NCBI GenBank assembly: GCA_045046875.1
Contig: JASFYY010000159.1
Location: forward strand, 1 to 13,415
DNA length: 13,415 nt
From: Verrucomicrobiota bacterium
GTDB taxonomy: Bacteria; Verrucomicrobiota; Verrucomicrobiia; Verrucomicrobiales; DEV007
Reading direction: 5' to 3'
The translations under genes and the position numbers were made by a program. Shown here piece by piece: positions 5,984-13,415 of this stretch. Each line of letters begins with the position of its first letter. Position 1 is the stretch's first letter. Under the pieces are notes generated by a model that saw nothing but the letters and a program-made list of their open reading frames with translations, ran no database searches and was not told where the DNA came from.

Positions 5984-6026
5984 ACATAAACACAAATGCC
6001 GGACGCTTAACAAGACGCCCGGCATT
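5984..6026 (-). terminator. Probable intrinsic terminator after degP/htrA
   Basis: AATGCCGG (5995-6002) / CCGGCATT (6019-6026) stem, followed on the minus strand by T-rich TGTGTTTATGT. Confidence 0.6.
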
Positions 6027-6064
6027 CGCTTCATTTCAGCAGGTCATTCCATTACCAATCACCC

Positions 6065-7582
6065 TTACTTAATTCTAACTGCGATGATATCTCTTCGCCC
6101 CTGTTCATAAACCTGGAGCAACAGCACCTCGCCGGTAAATCCTTTCAACTGTTGGGTCGCTTGTGCCACATTGGTCACCGCCTTCTGGTTGATCTGAGTG
6201 ATCACCTGACCCGCTCTCAACCCCGATTCCGCTGCCGGCCCACCCTTGTCAACCGATTCGACCATCACACCTGACACATCAGCTGCGAAACCAAGGGCTT
6301 TGGCCGTTTCCGGATCCAAGTCGCGTATCACGATGCCCTCCACCAGTTTCTGCGTTTTCACCTTTTTCTCAGGTTTTTTCTGTTCAGGGGAAGCTGCGCC
6401 GAGCTTCTGCGTGCGCACTCCCAGATCGCCAAGTTCCACGTCCTTGTTTTCTTTTTTGCCATTGCGCAACAACTCAAAACCCACTTTTTTGCCCGGCTCA
6501 GTATTGCTGATTGCCAAACGAAGCTTGGCCATGCTGTTCACCGCCTGACCTTGGTATCCAAGGATCAAATCCCCAGGTCGAAAACCCGCTTTTTCAGCCG
6601 GAGTGCCCTGACCCACTTCGGTCACCATCACGCCCTTACGGTCATCTCGCCCCAGCGCTTTGGCCATGTCCGCATTGATGTCTTTTAAATAAACCCCGAG
6701 GAAACCACGCGGCACACTGCCACCCGAGTCGAGCAATTTTTCCACAATGCCGAGTGCCATGTTCACCGGAATTGAAAAACCAATGCCGATGTTACCTCCG
6801 CCCATGCCTGGACGAATCGCAGTATTGATCCCCACCAGACGGCCCTGCGCATCCATCAGCGCTCCACCGGAATTGCCCTGATTGATCGAAGCATCGGTTT
6901 GGATGAAATTCTCATATCCTCCCCCGGTGATCCCCAGATTGCTACGTCCCAGCGCTGATACAATACCCATCGTCACCGATTGTTCGAGACTGAACGGATT
7001 CCCTATCGCCAACATCACATCGCCTACTCTCAACTTGGAACTGTCACCCAGGGTCGCTGGTTTCAATCCGGTCGCTTCAATTTTGATCAATGCCACATCC
7101 GTCTGCGGATCAGCACCCACCACCCGGGCGTCGTAATCTTTTTTAGTGCCCGCCAAAGTTACCTTGACCTTGGTGCCCTTGCCACCCACCACATGATTGT
7201 TGGTCAGAATATAACCATCCGAAGTGATGATGATGCCCGAGCCCAAACCCTCCTGCTTGTGTTGTTCCGGCATTTCAAAATCTTCCGGCAAACCGAAAAA
7301 TTTGCGAAAACGCGGATCCTCAAACATCTGCGAACGCTGACGCGGACGCTTCACTTCCTTGGAAGAAAGAATCGTCACAACCGAAGAAGTCACCTGCTCG
7401 ATGACATCGGCGTATGAAGTCACGATCCCCGCCTGTTTTTTCAAGGGTGTTTTATCAAACTTCAGGTTTTTGTTCAGTTCATCGAACTTGACGTCCTTTG
7501 CCTGGACCACACTGCCCGCTGCGAGGAAAAAAACCATCATCAGCGCCCCCGTTATTTTTATTAAGTTTTTCATCATTTTCAT
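6065..7582 (-). CDS. degP: DegP/DegQ (HtrA, Do-family) periplasmic serine endopeptidase with two PDZ domains
   Basis: Signal peptide, GLGSGII, LTNNHVV (His), TDVALIK (Asp), IQTDASINQGNSGGAL (Ser), RGFLGV PDZ1 and a second PDZ. The start may be a Met a few codons downstream. degP versus degQ cannot be resolved. Confidence 0.93.
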   Translation of the reverse strand: MKMMKNLIKITGALMMVFFLAAGSVVQAKDVKFDELNKNLKFDKTPLKKQAGIVTSYADVIEQVTSSVVTILSSKEVKRPRQRSQMFEDPRFRKFFGLPEDFEMPEQHKQEGLGSGIIITSDGYILTNNHVVGGKGTKVKVTLAGTKKDYDARVVGADPQTDVALIKIEATGLKPATLGDSSKLRVGDVMLAIGNPFSLEQSVTMGIVSALGRSNLGITGGGYENFIQTDASINQGNSGGALMDAQGRLVGINTAIRPGMGGGNIGIGFSIPVNMALGIVEKLLDSGGSVPRGFLGVYLKDINADMAKALGRDDRKGVMVTEVGQGTPAEKAGFRPGDLILGYQGQAVNSMAKLRLAISNTEPGKKVGFELLRNGKKENKDVELGDLGVRTQKLGAASPEQKKPEKKVKTQKLVEGIVIRDLDPETAKALGFAADVSGVMVESVDKGGPAAESGLRAGQVITQINQKAVTNVAQATQQLKGFTGEVLLLQVYEQGRRDIIAVRIK

Positions 7583-7769
7583 TTATCTATGTTTGTCTGT
7601 TTTTATTTATTTCTCCCGGCTGCCTCCCCTCCTTTTTATCCATCCACCCTAAAAAGCCGGCATCTCTGTTCTCTGTGCTTGAAAGCGTCGCAATTCCGAG
7701 TTCTTGTTTATATTGTCAGCAGGCTTAAAATCTGACTACTTAATTCTGAACTCCAACTTCTTCTGCCCA

Positions 7770-8954
7770 ATGAACTCGATTATCGATCCCGCACGACTCG
7801 AAGAATGCCAACTGACCCCACAAGAATACCAGCGCTACGCCCGCCACCTCAGCATTCCCGAGGTGGGTGAAGAAGGTCAGCGCCGCCTGAAAGCCTCCGC
7901 CGTCCTGTGCATCGGAGCCGGCGGACTGGGCTCTCCCATCGCCATGTATCTGGCCGCCGCCGGAGTCGGACGGCTCGGCCTGGTCGATAACGATGTGGTG
8001 GATTTTTCCAACCTGCAACGCCAGATCCTGCACGGCACCGCAGACGTGGATCGCCCGAAACTGGACTCCGCGCTCGACACCCTGCGCGACATCAATCCCG
8101 AAGTCACCATCGACACTTATCAGGAGCGCTTCACCAGCGACAACGCCCGCCAAATCGCCGAACCCTACGACATCATCATCGACGGCACCGACAACTTCGC
8201 CACCCGTTACCTCAGCAACGACCTCGCTGTGCTCACCGGCAAACCCAATGTCTACGGGTCGATTTTCCGCTTCGAAGGTCAGTGCTCGGTCTTTGCTCCA
8301 CATCTCGGCGGCCCCTGTTACCGTTGCATGTTCCCCGAACCACCCGAACCGGGCATGGTGCCCTCCTGCGCCGAAGGTGGAGTACTCGGAGTGCTACCCG
8401 GAGTAGTGGGAAACATGCAAGCCATCGAAGCGATCAAGCTGATCATCGGCATCGGCACCCCTTTGCTCGGTCGCCTGATCCACTTCGACGCCCTGAACTT
8501 CCGCTTCCGCGATTTTAAACTGCGCCGCGACCCCGAGTGCCCGGTCTGTGGAACCCACCCCAGCATCACCGAGTTGATCGACTACGACGAATTCTGTGGC
8601 GTTGGACGCGGCAATGAGTCCACCAACCAATTGCCCGAAATCGACGTGCACGAACTCAAAACCCGCATCGAACAACGCCAGCAACGCCCCTTTGTTTTGC
8701 TCGACGTGCGCGAACCCAACGAACAAAAAATCTGCTGCCTACCCGATGCGGTCTTGATTCCCCTGGGGGAACTTTCCCATCGCCTGGACGAGCTCGACCG
8801 CGACACCGAAATCATCATCCACTGCAAAGCCGGTGGCCGCAGCGCCAAAGCCCTCGACCTCTTGATCAGTAGCGGCTTCGAAAACAGCAGCCACGTGCAA
8901 GGCGGCATCGACGCCTGGTCGAAGCATATTGATTCGGAAGTGCCTCGTTATTAA
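7770..8954 (+). CDS. moeB: MoeB/MoeZ-type sulfur-carrier adenylyltransferase with C-terminal rhodanese domain
   Basis: RYARHL, IGAGGLGSP, DFSNLQRQILH, DGTDNF, Zn pairs CYRC and CPVC, and rhodanese LLDVRE...HCKAGGRS...GGIDAW. The start is taken at ATG 7770 rather than TTG 7704. Confidence 0.95.
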   Translation: MNSIIDPARLEECQLTPQEYQRYARHLSIPEVGEEGQRRLKASAVLCIGAGGLGSPIAMYLAAAGVGRLGLVDNDVVDFSNLQRQILHGTADVDRPKLDSALDTLRDINPEVTIDTYQERFTSDNARQIAEPYDIIIDGTDNFATRYLSNDLAVLTGKPNVYGSIFRFEGQCSVFAPHLGGPCYRCMFPEPPEPGMVPSCAEGGVLGVLPGVVGNMQAIEAIKLIIGIGTPLLGRLIHFDALNFRFRDFKLRRDPECPVCGTHPSITELIDYDEFCGVGRGNESTNQLPEIDVHELKTRIEQRQQRPFVLLDVREPNEQKICCLPDAVLIPLGELSHRLDELDRDTEIIIHCKAGGRSAKALDLLISSGFENSSHVQGGIDAWSKHIDSEVPRY

Positions 8955-8977
8955 ACACGGCAAGTCACTTATCTGAA

Positions 8978-9169
8978 ATGGATTTCATTCCCGGTTTTAA
9001 CGAAGTTCCTCTGGAAGTGTATTTGGAAAGATCTATTTTTTTAATGGTTCTTTGCCTCAGTGTAACCTTTCTCCCCATTCCAAAGCCCTTCAAATTAGGT
9101 CTTGGAATTCTCCTTGTCAGTATCACAATTGCTTCCGTTCTTGTGACTGGGGAGCTTCTCATCCTATAA
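8978..9169 (+). CDS. Small hypothetical membrane protein (63 aa)
   Basis: ATG-started ORF filling the gap after moeB, with two hydrophobic segments. It is visibly more AT-rich than its neighbours. Confidence 0.45.
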   Translation: MDFIPGFNEVPLEVYLERSIFLMVLCLSVTFLPIPKPFKLGLGILLVSITIASVLVTGELLIL

Positions 9170-9264
9170 TTCCATTGAAACCTCCATCCTCAACAGCTTA
9201 GTAAACCTTCTGTCATTTGCAGACATTTCTCTATTCCATCAACTTGTCCTCACCCAATACCGTC

Positions 9265-9516
9265 ATGAAAATCTCACCCGATCTTATCAACATCCTTCGC
9301 TGCCCGGAATCTCAGCAAAGCCTGTCTTTGGCGGATCCAGAACTTCTGGACAAACTCAACCACGACATCGACCAAAAACAGCTCAAAAATCACGTGGGAG
9401 ACCTCATCGAAGAACCACTCGAAGCCGGACTGATCCGCGCAGACCATCAACGCCTTTACCCGGTCAAAGACGACTTCCCCATCATGCTGATCGACGAAGC
9501 GATCGATTTAGACTGA
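9265..9516 (+). CDS. Trm112-family (UPF0434) protein (83 aa)
   Basis: MKISPDLINILRCPESQQSL...LYPVKDDFPIMLIDEAI matches the Trm112/YcaR pattern, in the long-insert form lacking most Zn cysteines. Start ATG 9265. Confidence 0.88.
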   Translation: MKISPDLINILRCPESQQSLSLADPELLDKLNHDIDQKQLKNHVGDLIEEPLEAGLIRADHQRLYPVKDDFPIMLIDEAIDLD

Positions 9517-9732
9517 AATCAGGTCAAAAATAAGGCTCTAAGGGAAGTTTTTGAAAAAAAACGTTCATTGATACACTTTTCCTCCTTGCATCTTACCCCA
9601 TCCTACACTTGATAACGATTGCACAAGGCCTTCGTGATCAAAGATAAAATAATATCGATGAATTTCCCATCACAATCCGGCTTGATTGCACCAACCGAAT
9701 ACTGAATAGTTCCGAACAACTGTATACACTCG

Positions 9733-11532
9733 ATGAGCGCGACCACCACCTCCGCCCCGAAAGCTAACGCCGATGATTCTAACGGTGATATCACCGACGC
9801 CGTCATCCGCTTTGCGGGAAATTCACAAGACGGCATTCAAACCATCGGCGGCTTCCTCGCCAAACTAGCCGGGCGCAGTGCCCGCGAGGTCATGACTTAC
9901 ATGACCATTCCTTCAACCATTTCCGGGGGCGCTTCTATTTTCCAAGTTCACCTGGCCTCCGGCGAGGTGCTCTCGTCTGGAGACGAAGCCGACTTCCTCT
10001 TTGCTTTTTACCAGCACAGTTACGACGCCCACCTCAGCTCTTTGCGCGACGGCGGCATCTGTATCTACGACAGCGATCACGTCACGCCCGATCCCGAAGA
10101 CAAACGAGTGCGCCACGTTGGTGTGCCCATCACTTCTACCACGGTTGAGGCTCTCGGCGGCACCGCCAAGGATCGCGGAAAAAACATCCTCGTGCTCGGA
10201 CTGGTCACCGCACTGTTCCAACTCGATCGCACCAAACTGGTGAGCCTGATCGAAGGGCAGTTCAAACGCAAAGGCGAAGACGTACTGCGTAATGCCATGG
10301 TCGCTTTTGACGCTGGTTACGCCTATCAAATCGGCGACCTGCACGGTGAATCCTTCAACCTCAAAGCCGGTGCAGCCGGCGACACCGATCACGTCACCAC
10401 AGACGGCAATACCGCTCTGGCCCTTGGTCTGGTAGCTGGTGGTGTGCGTTTTGGCGCGGCCTACCCGATCACCCCATGGACGACCATCATGGAGCACTTG
10501 CGCTCCGAGCTACCCAAACATGGCGGACTTTTTGTCCAGACCGAAGATGAACTGGCCGCCGTCACCATGGCGCTCGGTATGGCTTACGCCGGGCATTTAG
10601 CCATCACAGGAAGCTCAGGCCCTGGTATTTCGCTTAAAATGGAAGCTCTCGGTTACGGCACCATGGCCGAACTGCCGCTGATCGTGGTCAACGTGCAACG
10701 CGGCGGTCCCAGCACCGGACTGCCGACCAGCGTTGAACAGAGTGACCTGATGCAAGCCATCTACGGTTCCCACGGAGACGCGCCGCGTGTGGTGATCGCT
10801 CCGATCAATGTCGAAGACTGTTTTCATGTCGCGGTCGAAGCCTGTAAGCTGGCTAGAAAGTGCAGCGCACCGGTATTCATTCTCACCGACCAGGCTCTCG
10901 CCACCCGTATCGAAGCTTTCCCCGAACCCGATCTCGAACAAGTGGTGATCGCACCCAAACTCGATACCGAAACCCGCGACGAAACTTTTGTTCCTTACCC
11001 ACTCGAAGGAGAAACCCGCCACGCGCCTCCGGGCACCAAAATGGCTGGTGGCAAATACCCGGTGGTGACCGGTCTGGAGCACGACGCCTGGGGTCACCCC
11101 AACGGCAGTCCGGAAATGCATCAAAAAATGATGGATCGCCGCCGCCAGAAAATCAGCAAACTTGCTGACGACTATCCGGTTTCCGAAGTTTTTGGTGACG
11201 ACAGCGGCGACGTCCTGCTGGTTGGCTGGGGATCCACTTGGGGTCCCATCCGCGAGGCCACGATCCGCGCCCGGGGCGAAGGTTTGTCCTACTCTTCGAT
11301 GAGCATCCGCCATCTCAATCCGCTGCCCAATGATCTAGGTGACATCTTTGCCAAATTCAAACACGTCGTCGTGATCGAAATGAATGACGAAGGTTTGTAT
11401 GGCTTCGGCCAACTGGCCACCCTGCTGCGCGCACGCTACGCTAATCCCTCCATCGTCAGCGTAACCAAAACCGACGGCCTGACTTTCAAAATCAAGGAAA
11501 TCCTGCAACGCGTAGACGCTCTGGTCTCCTGA
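9733..11532 (+). CDS. korA: 2-oxoacid:ferredoxin (acceptor) oxidoreductase subunit alpha, gamma-domain fused
   Basis: N-terminal gamma-like domain, YPITP motif, QTEDELAA, SSGPGISLK, QRGGPSTGLPT and VGWGSTWG. Substrate specificity cannot be determined from sequence. Confidence 0.93.
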   Translation: MSATTTSAPKANADDSNGDITDAVIRFAGNSQDGIQTIGGFLAKLAGRSAREVMTYMTIPSTISGGASIFQVHLASGEVLSSGDEADFLFAFYQHSYDAHLSSLRDGGICIYDSDHVTPDPEDKRVRHVGVPITSTTVEALGGTAKDRGKNILVLGLVTALFQLDRTKLVSLIEGQFKRKGEDVLRNAMVAFDAGYAYQIGDLHGESFNLKAGAAGDTDHVTTDGNTALALGLVAGGVRFGAAYPITPWTTIMEHLRSELPKHGGLFVQTEDELAAVTMALGMAYAGHLAITGSSGPGISLKMEALGYGTMAELPLIVVNVQRGGPSTGLPTSVEQSDLMQAIYGSHGDAPRVVIAPINVEDCFHVAVEACKLARKCSAPVFILTDQALATRIEAFPEPDLEQVVIAPKLDTETRDETFVPYPLEGETRHAPPGTKMAGGKYPVVTGLEHDAWGHPNGSPEMHQKMMDRRRQKISKLADDYPVSEVFGDDSGDVLLVGWGSTWGPIREATIRARGEGLSYSSMSIRHLNPLPNDLGDIFAKFKHVVVIEMNDEGLYGFGQLATLLRARYANPSIVSVTKTDGLTFKIKEILQRVDALVS

Positions 11533-11578
11533 AATTTTTCCCTCAACTGCCACCCAAACATCCACAACTAAGATCGCC

Positions 11579-12508
11579 ATGGACTCTGCAAGCACAACTG
11601 CTGAACCGGAAAAGCTGACTAAAAAAGCACTCACCGCCGACCATCCCACCTGGTGTCCAGGTTGCGGTGACTTTGCTGTGCTGGCCTCGTTTTACAAAAC
11701 TCTGGAGAAGCTCCAGATCCCGCAGGAAAAAATCGTTACCATTGCCGGCATCGGTTGCTCCTCGCGTTTCCCTTATTTTGTCAACAGTCACGGACTGCAC
11801 TTCATCCACGGCCGCGCCCTGCCGCTCGCCAGTGGAGTGAGCTTGTCACGTCCCGATCTGCACGTTTTTGCTTTTGGCGGTGACGGCGACGGTTATTCGA
11901 TCGGCGGTAATCACCTCGATCACGCCGCGCGTAAAAACGTCAACCTCACTTACGTCATCATGGACAACTTCGTCTATGGCCTGACCAAAAAACAAACTTC
12001 GCCTACGTCCCCGTTGGGATTCAAAACCAAAACGGATCCTACTGGTGCGATTGACCAACCGGTGAACCCGATGAAAAAATTGGTTTACGGCGGTGCCACT
12101 TTTGTCGCCCGCACCCACGCCACTCAGGTCAAACACATGATGGCCATGTTCGAACGCGCAATCAAACACGAAGGATTTTCCGTCGTCGAAGTGCTCTCCG
12201 AATGTGTCATCTTCTTCCCCGGCGCCTTCGACGAAGGCAATCCGCGTAAAGGAGGAAAGTTCACCCTCATCGAAGAGAAAAAATGGGACGGCACTCCCGA
12301 AGACGAAAACCGTCACGACGTCAGTGACAACAGCGCCGCTTTTGCCCTGGCCAATGAAGAGTGGCCCGGCCGTTTTGGAGTTTATTACGAAACCGACCGC
12401 CCCACCAAAAACAAATTGGAACAACGCTGGATCGACGAAATGCAAGACAAAGTAGGCGACGCCTCAACCGCCGACCTGCTCAAACAACGCTTCAGCGCAA
12501 TGAAATAA
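11579..12508 (+). CDS. korB: 2-oxoacid:ferredoxin oxidoreductase subunit beta (TPP-binding)
   Basis: WCPGCGD, GIGCSSR, HGRALP, GGDGDGYSIG...DNFVYGLTKKQTSPTS and LSEC. Directly downstream of the alpha subunit. Confidence 0.93.
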   Translation: MDSASTTAEPEKLTKKALTADHPTWCPGCGDFAVLASFYKTLEKLQIPQEKIVTIAGIGCSSRFPYFVNSHGLHFIHGRALPLASGVSLSRPDLHVFAFGGDGDGYSIGGNHLDHAARKNVNLTYVIMDNFVYGLTKKQTSPTSPLGFKTKTDPTGAIDQPVNPMKKLVYGGATFVARTHATQVKHMMAMFERAIKHEGFSVVEVLSECVIFFPGAFDEGNPRKGGKFTLIEEKKWDGTPEDENRHDVSDNSAAFALANEEWPGRFGVYYETDRPTKNKLEQRWIDEMQDKVGDASTADLLKQRFSAMK

Positions 12509-12526
12509 AGCGCCTCTGGCGCCACA

Positions 12527-12549
12527 GGAGCGCGGACATTTCTGTCCGC
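12527..12549 (+). repeat. GGAG-type REP-like palindrome
   Basis: GGAG-C-GCGGACA-TTTC-TGTCCGC: a tetranucleotide followed by a 7-bp perfect stem, 18 nt after the korB stop. Confidence 0.5.
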
Positions 12550-12567
12550 CGCAAAAAAACTTCTTAC

Positions 12568-12600
12568 TGACCAAGCAGCTCCAACTGCTTGGTCATTTTT
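12568..12600 (+). terminator. Intrinsic terminator of the korAB operon
   Basis: Perfect 11-bp stem TGACCAAGCAG (12568-12578) / CTGCTTGGTCA (12585-12595) with a 6-nt loop, followed by TTTTT. Confidence 0.85.
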
Positions 12601-12650
12601 GTGTGCCCTGGAACGCTCTCACCTTTTGCCGCCACACCACAGGCAACACC

Positions 12651-12938
12651 CTATCCTGATGACGCTATTATCCCCCATCTAAGAGAAGTTAATATCACCA
12701 CCGTTGGTAATATAATTAAATAGCCCCAACGAATAAACAACCCGTCAATTTCAGTGAGGGTTTTCGACCGACGAATAAAAATCAATCCCGCAAGAAACCA
12801 AAATGGGATCATCGAAAGCAACACCCATTGCGAACACTGCCCGCCATCCATCACAGCAGAAGAAAGCAGCAACAAAAAGAGTTGCAGCACAAACGCCACA
12901 CGCAAGTCCTGCCGATAACTTCTTTTCCCCTGACTCAT
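12651..12938 (-). CDS. Hypothetical membrane protein (95 aa, ~3 TM)
   Basis: ATG-started ORF with three hydrophobic segments and basic loops (RRSK), convergent on the korAB terminator. Confidence 0.7.
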   Translation of the reverse strand: MSQGKRSYRQDLRVAFVLQLFLLLLSSAVMDGGQCSQWVLLSMIPFWFLAGLIFIRRSKTLTEIDGLFIRWGYLIILPTVVILTSLRWGIIASSG

Positions 12939-13158
12939 TCTACCGCTTTCCGCATAGCGTATATATTAGCTAGAATCTAAATCACTGAAAAGAAAAAACG
13001 GATAGGCAACCCATTCTACTTGGCGTGCAATAACATTCAACCTCTCTCTGCTTCGCCCCCCAACTCAAGCACCCCGGATAATTGGAAACGGGTGTAGGAC
13101 AAAAAAGTTAACCATTGCTTATTGAAAGCTATCCTATCACGCCTCAACATCATATCGC

Positions 13159-13330
13159 CCTTGTAGGGCTGGCAATAAAACCAATCTAACACCCAGCGCT
13201 TCACACTAGGCTATTACATTTTGTCCTTACAGGACAGTTTGCTTTCATCTTTTTTGCACCAACGGTGCTCAATGATATAGCCCAGTGCGAAGCGCTGGGT
13301 AAAAAATCCAATTCTTCCAGCCCTGCAAGG
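13159..13330. repeat. Composite inverted-repeat element (REPIN/BIME/MITE-like)
   Basis: CCTTGTAGGGCTGG (13159-13172) versus CCAGCCCTGCAAGG (13317-13330) is 13/14 complementary. ACCCAGCGCTTCACACTAGGCTAT (13191-13214) versus ATAGCCCAGTGCGAAGCGCTGGGT (13277-13300) is 22/24 complementary. Small inner hairpins at 13222-13236 and 13256-13268. Confidence 0.75.
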
Positions 13331-13415
13331 CATACGCGTCAACTTAAGTGGCTTTTTTTTCTTTTTTAGAGAGCAACGATTTACTAGGCTTTACGCGTTT
13401 CAATATAAAGGTATC

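Noticed and set aside
9610..9700. FNR or Rex operator upstream of korA
   Set aside because: Only half-sites (TTGAT, TCACAA) are present, with no correctly spaced palindrome.
9811..9850. Unusual GNSQDG loop in KorA instead of a more Gly-rich motif
   Set aside because: Probably ordinary lineage variation. All other motifs are intact, and nothing supports a functional novelty.
7740..12445. Long antisense and alternate-frame ORFs over moeB, korA and korB (e.g. 7740-8303, 9913-10497, 10615-11313, 11846-12445)
   Set aside because: These are shadow ORFs expected from the codon bias of GC-rich conserved genes and show no motifs of their own.
12606..12650. attC downstream of the minus-strand 95-aa membrane gene (GGTGAGAGCGTT on the minus strand)
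   Set aside because: No matching AAC/L'' left arm or stem was found, and the resemblance is limited to a few bases.

Overview
Bacterial chromosomal window, probably from Verrucomicrobiota (an inference from gene style and intergenic elements). The left ~3.5 kb is an accessory region that looks like an integron gene-cassette array with no integrase in the window (CALIN-like). It has two well-formed long attC sites (1972-2097, 2697-2823) and two decayed attC-like sites (~2905-3008, ~3445-3534). These delimit four units: a stand-alone non-RD Ser/Thr kinase plus an unknown 243-aa partner, a DUF433/DUF5615(PIN)-type toxin-antitoxin pair with a candidate own promoter, an ~80-bp ORF-less segment carrying a GTAG REP-like hairpin, and a putative lipoprotein. 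The rest is mostly housekeeping: an Omp85/BamA-TamA-family barrel apparently lacking POTRA domains, an alpha/beta hydrolase, a DegP/HtrA protease, MoeB/MoeZ (E1-like plus rhodanese), a small membrane ORF, a Trm112-family protein, 2-oxoacid:ferredoxin oxidoreductase alpha and beta subunits, another small membrane protein, terminators and several REP/REPIN-like palindromes. The most interesting candidate system is the cassette-borne kinase plus partner. All family calls come from motifs read by eye; no searches were run.
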